A stretch of DNA of 64,000 nt from NCBI GenBank assembly GCA_041649555.1, contig JBAZMS010000002.1, positions 67,898-131,897 on the forward strand. Direction: 5' to 3'. A model generated the notes under the pieces. It was given only the letters and a program-made list of their open reading frames with translations. It searched no databases and was not told the DNA's origin. Both the position numbers and the translations under genes were made by a program. This document shows, in pieces, positions 27,373 to 37,151 of this stretch. Source of the stretch: Candidatus Micrarchaeia archaeon. GTDB taxonomy: Archaea > Micrarchaeota > Micrarchaeia > Anstonellales > Bilamarchaeaceae. How positions within the stretch are numbered: position 1 is the stretch's first letter; each line of letters opens with the position of its first letter.

Positions 27373-28593
27373 TTACCCTACCTTTACTGCGCCAAATTCT
27401 TTTGTTAGCGGCTTATACTTTCTTGGTTTTTCTAAAATTTCATCTATAGCAACGCCATTTATTTTAGTAGTTTCATTTCTTTTTTTCTTCAATTCTTCCA
27501 TACTTTTTGAAGACATTTTTGCCATTCGCTCTATATTTGCGTTTCCCATTCCCTGCGCATAACCTTTCATCATTCCAAATGATTTTTTTATATCTTTCAT
27601 GTGGCCCTTTTCTTCCATCATTTTAAGCATTTCAGGCAATTCTTTCATTTTTTGCATAATTTCCGGAGTAACCTTGGCTCCGTTTGCCTCGCTTATTTTC
27701 ATAAGTCTTTCCAAATCTTCTGCAGACATTTGTTTTAATGTTTCTAAACCTGCAAGGTTCTGCTCTGCAGTACTCCCCATATCTTTCATTTGGTTTGCCA
27801 TGTCGTTTGGGTCAATTGAAGGCATTGCCCGGGTCATTACTTCTTGAAGAGACATAATTAACTGAATATTATTTTGAAAAATATCATCCATTTGAAGTAA
27901 ACCCCTTCGGTATATTGCATCCTTTGTTATAATTATCTCTTCAGGCATGTTTGATTTTGCAAGAAATGATTTTTTTGTCAATAAATTTGTGTACTCCATT
28001 CCGATTGCCCCAATAGATGTGGATTTCATAGGACAGCTGTATATTACATCTTCATAAATATCAAAAAAACCAGAACCATCCCCGTTCTTAACTGTCATTG
28101 ATGCAATAGGAGTTGTAAATGGATCCTCAGTATGGGAATAAGAGACATGAAAAAATCCTTTTTTTAAAAATACATTTTTTACCAATTCACCATAATGCCT
28201 TTCTTTTGTTTTAGGATTAGTTACATCCCATTTTTCAAATCCAGATAATTGTAATTCGCTATTAGGTCCTGCAAAAATTGTTTTTGAAACCCTATATTTA
28301 AAATCATTATTTGGTTTATCCTTTCCTTTATTATAGGATATATTAATTTGTATTCTGGTTCTTTTTCCAGAATTAATAGTATCCCCGTCCATAAGTTTTG
28401 GATATTCGCTTTTAAATTTATCCAATTTGCTGTGATCTTTGGTCTTTTGAAATTCTTCTATTAATTTAGCCTCAGTTTCTACCGAGGGAATACCTATTTT
28501 TTTTCCATTTTTTCTTTTTATAAATCCATTTGGACCTAATACATATAAATTAATTCTCCCGGTTTCAATATCAAATGTCATCATTTGCGCCAT
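27373..28593 (-). CDS. hypothetical protein with Met-rich SRP54-M-like C-terminal region
   Basis: C-terminus 'EIMQKMKELPEMLKMMEEKGHMKDIKKSFGMMKGYAQGMGNANIERMAKMSS'. No GTPase motifs. Start placed at the internal Met (MAQMMTF) just after the upstream gene's stop; the ORF track extends to 28659. Confidence 0.3.
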   Translation of the reverse strand: MAQMMTFDIETGRINLYVLGPNGFIKRKNGKKIGIPSVETEAKLIEEFQKTKDHSKLDKFKSEYPKLMDGDTINSGKRTRIQINISYNKGKDKPNNDFKYRVSKTIFAGPNSELQLSGFEKWDVTNPKTKERHYGELVKNVFLKKGFFHVSYSHTEDPFTTPIASMTVKNGDGSGFFDIYEDVIYSCPMKSTSIGAIGMEYTNLLTKKSFLAKSNMPEEIIITKDAIYRRGLLQMDDIFQNNIQLIMSLQEVMTRAMPSIDPNDMANQMKDMGSTAEQNLAGLETLKQMSAEDLERLMKISEANGAKVTPEIMQKMKELPEMLKMMEEKGHMKDIKKSFGMMKGYAQGMGNANIERMAKMSSKSMEELKKKRNETTKINGVAIDEILEKPRKYKPLTKEFGAVKVG

Positions 28594-28595
28594 CT

Positions 28596-28913
28596 TTATT
28601 TCAATGCTTCTCCGCATTGCTTGCAGAATTTTGTTCCTATAACATATTCTATATTGCATTTTTCACATTTTACAATTAGACGGAATCCACATTCTGGGCA
28701 GAATTTTGCATCTGGTTCCAGTTTAGCCTTGCATTTTGGACATTTTTCCAAAGGTTTTTTTGATCCTTTTTCATTTTTTAGCGCATCTAAACCTTTTGTT
28801 GCCCCTGCAACAACACTTCCGGTTGCAATATCTCCGGCCTTATAAGTTAAATTATCCTTTGTCCGTTTGAGTACTGTATCCATTACACCATCCAGTATGC
28901 CCATATCTTTCAC
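28596..28913 (-). CDS. double zinc-ribbon protein
   Basis: 'CPKCKAKLEPDAKFCPECG' and 'CEKCNIEYVIGTKFCKQCG'. Confidence 0.45.
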   Translation of the reverse strand: MKDMGILDGVMDTVLKRTKDNLTYKAGDIATGSVVAGATKGLDALKNEKGSKKPLEKCPKCKAKLEPDAKFCPECGFRLIVKCEKCNIEYVIGTKFCKQCGEALK

Positions 28914-29058
28914 CCCATTATCTCAAAATTTTTTGTATATATAACTTAGGGATATTTAAAATTGTTTTTGTTTTGAAAAATCGGTCTTTAAAACAATTTT
29001 TCCAACTTTATAAGATACAAAAGTATTTAAACATATTCTATTATTGTAATATGTTAAT

Positions 29059-29352
29059 ATGAACAAAAAAGAATTATATAAACTGCGCTCCCAAATGTGC
29101 AAATCATTTTCAAATCCGGCAAGACTTGAAATACTAGATAAATTGCGATATAAGGAATTATCTGTTTGTCAAATAATTGAAAAAACAGGGCTTTTGCAGG
29201 CAAATGTATCCCAGCAGCTATCATTTATGAAAAATCAAAAAATTTTAAATTCCCGAAGGGATGGAAAAAACATCTATTATTCAATTTCAGATGAAAGAAT
29301 AATCAAGGCATTTGATTTATTGTTTGAATTTTTAAAATCAAGAAAATATTAG
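29059..29352 (+). CDS. ArsR/SmtB-family HTH transcriptional regulator
   Basis: 'FSNPARLEILDKL...ELSVCQIIEKTGLLQANVSQQLSFMKNQKIL' helix-turn-helix layout. Confidence 0.65.
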   Translation: MNKKELYKLRSQMCKSFSNPARLEILDKLRYKELSVCQIIEKTGLLQANVSQQLSFMKNQKILNSRRDGKNIYYSISDERIIKAFDLLFEFLKSRKY

Positions 29353-29365
29353 AGGTGAAGAAAAA

Positions 29366-29605
29366 ATGGAAAAACCAAAAATAAAAGTGTATTCGACATC
29401 GGCCTGTCCTTATTGCGTCTATGCAAAAGACTTCATAAAGGGGCTTGGTTATGAATTTGAAGATATAAATGTTGGCATCGACCAGAAGGCTGCAATGGAA
29501 ATGGTTCAAAAATCAGGGCAGATGGGCGTTCCGGTAATTGAAATCAATGGACAGATAATAATCGGTTTTGATAAGGCAGGTATAATGAGGGCGCTTGGAA
29601 AATAA
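29366..29605 (+). CDS. glutaredoxin-like protein (CPYC active site)
   Basis: 'YSTSACPYCVYAK' thioredoxin-fold active site; 79 aa. Confidence 0.7.
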   Translation: MEKPKIKVYSTSACPYCVYAKDFIKGLGYEFEDINVGIDQKAAMEMVQKSGQMGVPVIEINGQIIIGFDKAGIMRALGK

Positions 29606-29629
29606 CCTTTATATATAAATATGTTTTAA

Positions 29630-30661
29630 TTGATTATTATGAACTTATCCAAAAAAGAAGAAAAAATCTTAAAATCAATAATTGTTGCTTCAGAAAATGA
29701 TCCAAACAAACCGGAATTTCCAGCAGATAATCCAAAATTTCCAGCCACCCCCACATATAAAATCAAAGTTTTAGGGTTTTCAAATGTTTGGCTAAAAGAT
29801 GAAAGTTATAATCCTACAGGAACTCACAAGGATAGAATGGCATGGGAAATAATTGTAACTTACAGAAATTTCCTGATTGCCAAAAAAAGAGGACAAATTA
29901 AAACTGCCCTCCCAACAATGTCATTAATTTCATCAGGTTCAGCAGCAATTGCAATCCAGACGCAACTTAGAAAGTATAATCTGCCAAATCTTAGGGTTTT
30001 GATTGATAAAAATATTGATAACTTTATTTTAAATGCAATGAAAAAAATCGGTTGCAAAATATATACGATTGATTTGAAAAAAAAATCTTTAGGGTGGAAG
30101 GAGATTTTAGGTATAACTAAAAATCCCAATGGTTTTGATATTACTTCAAGCGAAGCCTTGGACCCTACAACCAGATTTTATGACTGGCTTAGTTATGAAA
30201 TAATAAATTCTTCTCCGGATTATTGTTTCATACCTTTTGGAACAGGCAACCTATTTGAAAATATCCTAAATATTAATAAAAAAGAAGTTTCAACTAAAAA
30301 TCACGACCCCCGTTTCAAAGGCAGACTAGAGATATTGAGAAAATGTAATTTTTTAGGAGCTACCTCTAATAATCCAAAAACAAAAGCAGATAAGTTATAT
30401 GCTCCGCATCTTCCATTCATTCATTTTGATGAACAATGGATTAGATTATACCGCAATGCCGGTTTTTGCGGATCAGAATCAGAGGTATATCCAATAAAAG
30501 AGAAGTTTTTAAATGATGCATTAGAAATTGCAAAAGCCCAAAAAATAAAGTGTGAACCTTCAGGAATTGCAGGTTTGGCATTGCTTCTCCAGATAAGAAA
30601 TAAAATTCCAAAAAACAAAAAAATTCTCATCGTTAATACTGGAAAAACTAAATATCCTTAG
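29630..30661 (+). CDS. PLP-dependent enzyme of the Trp-synthase-beta/Thr-synthase (fold type II) family, atypical
   Basis: 'ESYNPTGTHKDRMAWE' (PLP-Lys in 'THKDR' rather than the usual 'SFKDR') and a glycine loop 'PFGTGNLFENI'. Confidence 0.5.
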   Translation: MIIMNLSKKEEKILKSIIVASENDPNKPEFPADNPKFPATPTYKIKVLGFSNVWLKDESYNPTGTHKDRMAWEIIVTYRNFLIAKKRGQIKTALPTMSLISSGSAAIAIQTQLRKYNLPNLRVLIDKNIDNFILNAMKKIGCKIYTIDLKKKSLGWKEILGITKNPNGFDITSSEALDPTTRFYDWLSYEIINSSPDYCFIPFGTGNLFENILNINKKEVSTKNHDPRFKGRLEILRKCNFLGATSNNPKTKADKLYAPHLPFIHFDEQWIRLYRNAGFCGSESEVYPIKEKFLNDALEIAKAQKIKCEPSGIAGLALLLQIRNKIPKNKKILIVNTGKTKYP

Positions 30662-30715
30662 TTTTGGAAAATAAACATATCCTTTAAATCCTATTTCTTT
30701 TTTATCTATATTTAT

Positions 30716-31561
30716 ATGTCGGAAAAACTAAAATCAACAAAAATAGGCCTTATTGCCAATTTTCTTTTGTTAATCATTAAATTATATTTTGGTTTAATAT
30801 CAGGAAGTCTGGCACTTTTATCTGATGCCCTGAATTCATTTACTGATATTTTGGCATCAATTGGAATATATTTGGCAGTAAAAGAGGGGCAAAAGAAAAA
30901 TGATTCAGATCACCAATTTGGTCATTATGCAGCAGAACCATTATCTGCATTTGTTGTTTCAATTTTGGCGGCAATTCTTGCATTTGAAATTTTAAAAAGT
31001 GCAGTAGAAAAAATAATCTCACCTTCTATATTAAATGTAGGGTTAGTCACTATAGGGGTTGTTTTGCTTGTTTTGGTTACAAAATCTGTTCTTTATTTTT
31101 ATTTTAGAAGCATAAACAAAAAAGAGCCAAGCCAGGCAATGCAGGCATATATGATGGATAGCAAAAACGATGTCGGAGTTTCAGTAATTGTTTTATTTGG
31201 GGTTGCAGGCGCATTTTTGGGTTATCCAATGTTGGATAGCGTATCTGCAATTCTTGTTTCCCTATACATCTTCAAAAACGCATTTGACCTTGGAAAAAAG
31301 AATGTAAATTTTTTAATGGGAAGTTCTCCTGAAAGAGAGGTAATCTATAATTTCGAAAAATTAATCTTAAAAAATAAAAAAGTAAAAAATACAAAAGTAA
31401 TTGCCCATTATTTTGGGGATACATTTCATTTGGATATTACTATAAAAGTTGATAAAGAATTAAATGTTGCAAAAGCCCATTTAATTGCAGAAGAGGTTAA
31501 AAAAGAAATACTAAAACAAGATGATATTTCTCATGTTCAGGTTCATGTGGAGCCGTATTAA
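30716..31561 (+). CDS. cation diffusion facilitator (CDF) family metal efflux transporter
   Basis: TM2 'LLSDALNSFTD' and TM5 'DSKNDVGVS' metal-site motifs; a C-terminal cytoplasmic domain. Confidence 0.7.
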   Translation: MSEKLKSTKIGLIANFLLLIIKLYFGLISGSLALLSDALNSFTDILASIGIYLAVKEGQKKNDSDHQFGHYAAEPLSAFVVSILAAILAFEILKSAVEKIISPSILNVGLVTIGVVLLVLVTKSVLYFYFRSINKKEPSQAMQAYMMDSKNDVGVSVIVLFGVAGAFLGYPMLDSVSAILVSLYIFKNAFDLGKKNVNFLMGSSPEREVIYNFEKLILKNKKVKNTKVIAHYFGDTFHLDITIKVDKELNVAKAHLIAEEVKKEILKQDDISHVQVHVEPY

Positions 31562-33074
31562 CCTAGATAGGTTACTAATCCTCTTCCTTTAGATTCACTT
31601 GCAATTACTTCGAGTTGACAGTTAAATTCAATTGGGTATTTTCTTTCGTCTTTAGGTATTGCAAGCCCCATTTTTTCCATCAGATTTTTTATAAAAAACA
31701 GAGCCTCTAATTTATTATCATGTATTGCAATTTTTTTTACTTCCCTTAAAAGTCCTTCCATATGGCCCCTTAAAGTTCCCCCATAAGGTATTTTTCCAAG
31801 TATTATCATTGCACTCATATTGTTATAATTTTCATATCCCATATCCACAAAATTAAATGCTGTACTTACATTGTGTGCGCTTAAAACTAATGCGTAATTT
31901 TTATGAGTTTTATTATACTCTGCCAATCTATCTAAACTTCCCCTATCACAAACCCAAAATGCTCCGTTACACATTACTTTTCCGCTTCCATATATTTCAT
32001 CCCCGCATAAAAGAAGAACATTTTTTGGATTTTGGGGAAATTCCATATAATCTATTTGTGTATTAATTTCTGAAAGTTGGGTTAGGTAATTGAGTTCTGT
32101 TGGGGCATTCTCAATCAAATCCATTACGCTTGCAAATTCAAGATATAATCTTTCTCCAGTTAACTTTTCTAATTGTATCATGGATTCTTTTAATTTTAAA
32201 AGAGTAAATTTATTGGCCAATGTATCTGCTTTATTAAATATATCTGGAGTTTCACTTTCCTCAAAGATATATCTTCCGGTATCAAACTCATTATTTTCAT
32301 TAATTACATGGGCCATGCAGGCAAGTTCCCGATATCTTCTATTTCTTGAAAAATAATAATCATCTAGGTTTCTTCCATTAATATTTTTTAAATTGAACAG
32401 TTCTCCAAATCCTCCAACTGCCAAACTTGCAAGACCAAAAACAAATTTAATATATCCCTCATTATATGCAGTTGAAGTATATCCAAATCCTGAAATTGCC
32501 GGCGCAAAAACATCAATGAATTGCCCGTTGATTATTTTTGTTTCATCAATGTTTCTCCCCATCTGTTTTAGTTTGTTAATAAAGCGGGATCCAAAAAGCA
32601 GTTATATTCTCTTCCAATCATAGGTTCGATAATTATTGCCATTCCAGAATTAAATCCCGCATCTTTTCTAAATGCAATTGCAGAAGGAGTATTTTCACTA
32701 TCAAGCACTTCATTTATTGCAGTTATTAATTCGTTTAAATTATTTTTACAAAATACGCTTTTATAAGCTCCAAACCCCCGTGAATCCCCATTTGCAGAAG
32801 ACCTTACAACCAAAAAAGGGCTACTGTTTAATATTTTAAGAATGAGTTTTAGATCATCAATTTCTTTATCAGTATATCTTTTTTCATTACTTTTTAATTT
32901 CTCAGTCCACTCCATTGAAAGTACTGCCCTTGGGTTTATGCTAAAACCAGCTTCTTCTATAGCCATGCTTTTGTCATATAACTGCCAGGCCTTTTCACCA
33001 AGCAATCTTCCACCTATCAAATGCCAGTTATTTTGATAATGAGTTTTTGCTTTTTTTCCAATAAGTTTCCCCAT
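31558..33074 (-). pseudogene. PPDK_N (PEP/pyruvate-binding, PEP-synthase/rifampin-phosphotransferase-like) domain gene split by a frameshift
   Basis: Upstream ORF (33074-32568) carries 'LVVRSSANGDSRGFGAYKSVF', the PPDK_N hallmark (VRSSA...SFAG). It stops 5 nt before the ATG of the 334-aa ORF (32562-31558), which is in another frame, and that second frame is closed only 5 codons upstream. Confidence 0.5.
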
Positions 33075-33115
33075 ATTAAACTATTATACTGTGTGTGGTA
33101 ATGTTTAAATATATA

Positions 33116-34105
33116 TTAGTTTTTCATTTTTTCTTTTATCTGTTCAATCCTATAATTCTGGTCTGCATCCAAAACTTCAACTTTTCGATCTCCAAATTGT
33201 TTATGCATTAAATACCCTGCATATGCAATCATTGCTCCATTGTCTCTGTTGAACTCATCTGGTGCAACACCAAATTCAATTCCGTCTTCATCGCACATAG
33301 TTTTGAGCATTTGCTGTATGCGCTTATTCTGGGCAACTCCCCCGCAAACAATTATCCCTTTTCTTTTGGTAAGATATAAGGCTCTTTCTGTTGCCTCGCA
33401 TAACTCTGAAAAGGCAGTTTCCATTAGGGAATAGCATAAGTCTTCTTTGGATTCTTTTCCAATTAAATTTTCTGCATAAGTTAAAAGCCCTGAAAATGTT
33501 AAATTCATCCCTTTAACAGTATATGGAAACTCGATATATCTTCCAGTTTTTGCAAGCCTTTCAATTTCTGCACCTGATGCATATTCGATTCCAAGTTTTC
33601 TTGCAAAATTATCAAATAGGTTTCCAACTCCGATATCAAAAGTTTCACCCAGAATTTGAAATTCAAAAGGTTTTTTTTCAATTAAAATCTGGGTATTTCC
33701 ACCGCTGATATACAGAATCAATGGCTTTTCAATTTTGGAATACAGCTCGCTTATTTTTATATGGGCATATGGATGATTTACTCCGATTATTTTTTTAGAA
33801 TATTTTAAAGCAAGATATTTTGCCCCAATAACCCCAACTTTTAAAGGAGCTCCAATTCCAGGGCCTTGGGCAAAAGAAATCAAATCAACATCTTCAATTT
33901 TCACACCAGCCTTGCATAGTGCCTGATTTAATATTTTAAGAAAAACTTCGCTGTGATGGTCTGCTGCTTTTCTAGGGATTATTCCTTCATTTTTAGGTTT
34001 GTATGTATCCATCTCATTTGATAATATTTCTTTATTTCTGCAAATTCCAATTCCAAGCGTATGTGCAGTGCTCTCAATTCCAAGAACTATCAATACAACC
34101 ACCAA
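33116..34105 (-). CDS. kae1: tRNA N6-threonylcarbamoyladenosine synthase Kae1/TsaD
   Basis: 329 aa; N-terminal 'LGIESTAHTLGIGI', metal-binding 'HPYAHI', ASKHA fold pattern. Confidence 0.75.
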   Translation of the reverse strand: MVVVLIVLGIESTAHTLGIGICRNKEILSNEMDTYKPKNEGIIPRKAADHHSEVFLKILNQALCKAGVKIEDVDLISFAQGPGIGAPLKVGVIGAKYLALKYSKKIIGVNHPYAHIKISELYSKIEKPLILYISGGNTQILIEKKPFEFQILGETFDIGVGNLFDNFARKLGIEYASGAEIERLAKTGRYIEFPYTVKGMNLTFSGLLTYAENLIGKESKEDLCYSLMETAFSELCEATERALYLTKRKGIIVCGGVAQNKRIQQMLKTMCDEDGIEFGVAPDEFNRDNGAMIAYAGYLMHKQFGDRKVEVLDADQNYRIEQIKEKMKN

Positions 34106-34722
34106 AATGCAAGTATAGCAGATAGATTATAAAGAAAATGAATTAAAATGCAGGGCAAAATGCTTTTTGAATCCTTATAAATATATGCAAGAATCAATCC
34201 CATTCCAAAAGTTCCAATTATCTGGGTATATGAACCGTATGCAAAATGTGCAAGTGAAAAAATAATCGAAGATGGCAGTATTCCAAACTTTTGGGTTAAA
34301 AACCCCCTGAAAAACAATTCCTCGCTTACAGGCCCTATAAAAACTGCAGCAAATATTACCAAGGGGGTGAACATTTCTATTTTTTCAATAGTTTTATACT
34401 GATCAGATATTCCAAAGAAATTAAGGACAATTCCTAAAAAAAGAAGATATACTATTATTCCAAAAAATCCGAAGAAGACATATTTTGCTGTTTTTTCCCA
34501 GTTATAGTTTATTTTAAGTTTTATGAAAGTTTCTTTGATATTTTTTTCATATAAGAAAGCCAATGCAAAAAAAATCAAAAATGAATGCAGCAACAATACT
34601 CCGGTTTCAATATTTAAAATTCCAAAAAAAGAACCAATAATATAAAAAATAAGAAGCAAAATTGAAATAATTAAAAATCTAACTTCTTTTATCTCTTTTC
34701 GTAATATCCGCATCGCCCACAT
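34090..34722 (-). CDS. CPBP-family (CAAX/Abi) intramembrane metalloprotease
   Basis: 'SEELFFRGF' (EExxxR) and 'FSLAHFAYG' (FxxxH) motifs. The ORF-track start (34767) overlaps the S27ae gene, so the internal Met at 34722 is preferred. Confidence 0.6.
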   Translation of the reverse strand: MWAMRILRKEIKEVRFLIISILLLIFYIIGSFFGILNIETGVLLLHSFLIFFALAFLYEKNIKETFIKLKINYNWEKTAKYVFFGFFGIIVYLLFLGIVLNFFGISDQYKTIEKIEMFTPLVIFAAVFIGPVSEELFFRGFLTQKFGILPSSIIFSLAHFAYGSYTQIIGTFGMGLILAYIYKDSKSILPCILIHFLYNLSAILAFWWLY

Positions 34723-34853
34723 GAAACCCTGTTTTTGTGTTCTGCAAGCTTTACTCCGTCTCCGCATTTAGGACAGGATCTTCCGGATTTATACTTGTAC
34801 GGTTTTTTTTCTTTTTTTGCCTTTGGTTTTTTCTCAACTTTTTTTTCAGCCAT
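34689..34853 (-). CDS. rps27ae: 30S ribosomal protein S27ae (zinc ribbon)
   Basis: Not in the ORF track (54 aa). Translation '[54 protein letters not shown]' has the C4 zinc ribbon and sits immediately downstream of S24e, as in many archaea. Confidence 0.7.
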   Translation of the reverse strand: MAEKKVEKKPKAKKEKKPYKYKSGRSCPKCGDGVKLAEHKNRVSCGRCGYYEKR

Positions 34854-34863
34854 CAGTGTTCAC

Positions 34864-35187
34864 CTATTTCTTTTTTGCCTTTTCTTTTTTTGGTTTTTTC
34901 TCAGCAATTTTATCCCGGACTAACAAGTGATAAGGTTCTGTTTTTTTCATTTTTTCTTCATTTTCATAAACATGAAGTTTCACATTAATTTTTGTAGATC
35001 CGTATTGAGTCTCAACTTTTGAAAGAACGCTCAATTGTGGGTTTGCCCCGATTTTTGAGCAAATTTCTTTTTTGATTTCCTCTCTTTTTGGAGTAGGCCC
35101 GCTAAAAGAAATTAGTGCATTTGCTTCTTTTCTGTCAAATAGTGCGTTTTTTGTTTCTTCCATTTTTTCAAATTTCATTTCATTCAC
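34864..35187 (-). CDS. rps24e: 30S ribosomal protein S24e
   Basis: 'EANALISFSGPTPKREEIKKEI' matches the S24e core. Confidence 0.75.
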   Translation of the reverse strand: MNEMKFEKMEETKNALFDRKEANALISFSGPTPKREEIKKEICSKIGANPQLSVLSKVETQYGSTKINVKLHVYENEEKMKKTEPYHLLVRDKIAEKKPKKEKAKKK

Positions 35188-35564
35188 CTTATTCTTTCAA
35201 ATTTTCGTTTTCCCATACACTGCATTACTTCTGCCTCTTTTCCTGCCTCTGCGGTTGCAAGAGATTCTGGAGGCATTTCTATATCATATGTTTCATATGT
35301 TTGTGCATCCATTACATTTGCAATACTTCCACTCACCGAAAGGATCTGGACAGTTCTTCTCTCTATTACTGGAACTTCAACATCCCCATCGCTTGGAGTC
35401 AGGGTAATCTTTTTTTGCCCGTCAAATACTCCAATTCCGGTAATTCTCATTTTTGTAGAGCCGTGTTTTCCAGGTTTTGATATTTCTATTTGAACTACCT
35501 TGCATGGCACGCCGTCTATTAGCATGTGCCTTCCTTCTTTTATATCTTTTGCTGAACCAAACAT
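35184..35564 (-). CDS. eif5a: translation initiation factor 5A (aIF-5A)
   Basis: Hypusine loop 'SKPGKHGSTK' and the OB-fold pattern that follows. Start placed at MFGSAKD (35564) rather than the ORF-track 35588. Confidence 0.8.
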   Translation of the reverse strand: MFGSAKDIKEGRHMLIDGVPCKVVQIEISKPGKHGSTKMRITGIGVFDGQKKITLTPSDGDVEVPVIERRTVQILSVSGSIANVMDAQTYETYDIEMPPESLATAEAGKEAEVMQCMGKRKFERIR

Positions 35565-35702
35565 CTTCTCTACCATTAAAAACACCAATAATATATCTAG
35601 TTTAAGATAATTATAAGGATAGGTTTTATAAAGATTAACCCTTTAGAAGATTTTCTGTTTTTAATACAAATATTTTTAATTATCAATCAATAATTAAAAT
35701 TA

Positions 35703-36419
35703 ATGATAATTGACACCCATTTTCATATTGATTCATTTGAATCATTTTCCATTCCGGAAAATATCTTTCCGGTTTTAGTCGGGTATTCCCACAAATCAAA
35801 TTTGAAAACAGCAGAGATGGGAGAAAAATTAAATCTTCCATATGTTCTTGGAATCGCGCCGCAAACTGCAATAATCGAGGGAATTGAAAAGTTGGATAAT
35901 TGGATCGATTTTATAAAATCCAAAAATCCGGTTGCAATAGGGGAAGTTGGATTGGATTTTTACTGGGCAAAAACAGAAAAGCACTTAAAAGATGAATATT
36001 TTCTTTTTGATAAAATGCTCGATCTTTCAAATACGCTAAATCTTCCACTTGTGATACATTCAAGAAAATCCGAAAAGCAGGTGTTTGAAATATTAAAAAG
36101 GAGGGAAAAAAGAGATTTTCTCATGCATTATTTTTCCGGGGATTATCTTCTTGCAAAAGAAATTATCGATTTTGGAGGATTAATTTCGATATCCCCCATG
36201 CATTCTAAGAATAGAAAAGAGGTAATTCAAAAAATACCTCTTGAGTTTTTGGTTGTGGAAACTGATGCTCCTTATGTTGTGAGGGACATACAAGATATTA
36301 AAAAAGCAATACAATATATATCTGATGTGAAGAGTATTAGTTTTCAGGATGTTGAGGACGAGACATTTAAAACTTCCTCAAAATTTTTCAATTTAGGTGA
36401 AAGGTATGGATTTTTTTAA
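35703..36419 (+). CDS. TatD-family metal-dependent hydrolase
   Basis: N-terminal 'IDTHFHID' metal-binding motif; TIM-barrel-sized (238 aa); later 'HSR' and 'ETDAPY' motifs. Confidence 0.55.
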   Translation: MIIDTHFHIDSFESFSIPENIFPVLVGYSHKSNLKTAEMGEKLNLPYVLGIAPQTAIIEGIEKLDNWIDFIKSKNPVAIGEVGLDFYWAKTEKHLKDEYFLFDKMLDLSNTLNLPLVIHSRKSEKQVFEILKRREKRDFLMHYFSGDYLLAKEIIDFGGLISISPMHSKNRKEVIQKIPLEFLVVETDAPYVVRDIQDIKKAIQYISDVKSISFQDVEDETFKTSSKFFNLGERYGFF

Positions 36420-36882
36420 GAACATTTTCAATAAAAAACCAAGAATCGCATTTCTTATAGACGGGCCGAATACAATAAGAAAAAAATTTAACATCGATCT
36501 TAAGGTTGTTTTAAATGAAATAAAAAAATATGGCGAAATCAGAATTGCAAAAATATACCTAGACCAATATGCCTCTGAAAAATTAATTGAAGCAATGATT
36601 AATCAGGGGTTTGATACTGAAACAACAACAGGGGATGTTGATGTTACAATGGCAATTGAGGCAATGGAATATGTTCTTGACCCGAATATTGATTTATTGG
36701 CATTTATGACGCGGGACACTGATTTCAGGCCAGTTCTGGTAAAGGCACGGGCAAAAGGAAAAAAAACAATAATTGCTGCAACAGATGTTGCATTCTCTGT
36801 AGCGCTTAGAAATACTGCGGATGTAATAATTATAATTGATGAAAATGGAAAAGCCGAACATTTAAAAAATAATCCAATGTGA
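36397..36882 (+). CDS. NYN/LabA-like domain protein (putative RNase)
   Basis: 'LIDGPN', 'GDVDVTMAIEAME', 'TRDTDFRPV' match the NYN catalytic Asp pattern. Confidence 0.6.
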   Translation: MKGMDFFKNIFNKKPRIAFLIDGPNTIRKKFNIDLKVVLNEIKKYGEIRIAKIYLDQYASEKLIEAMINQGFDTETTTGDVDVTMAIEAMEYVLDPNIDLLAFMTRDTDFRPVLVKARAKGKKTIIAATDVAFSVALRNTADVIIIIDENGKAEHLKNNPM

Positions 36883-36909
36883 ATAAGTTAATTTTATTTT
36901 TTGAGGTGA

Positions 36910-37140
<231 letters not shown>

Positions 37141-37151
37141 TTAAAATTACT

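Noticed and set aside
27373-28659. Calling the 428-aa protein an SRP54/Ffh homolog
   Set aside because: Only the Met-rich C-terminal tail resembles the M domain. No NG-domain GTPase motifs (GxxGxGKT, DTAGR, TKxD) are present.
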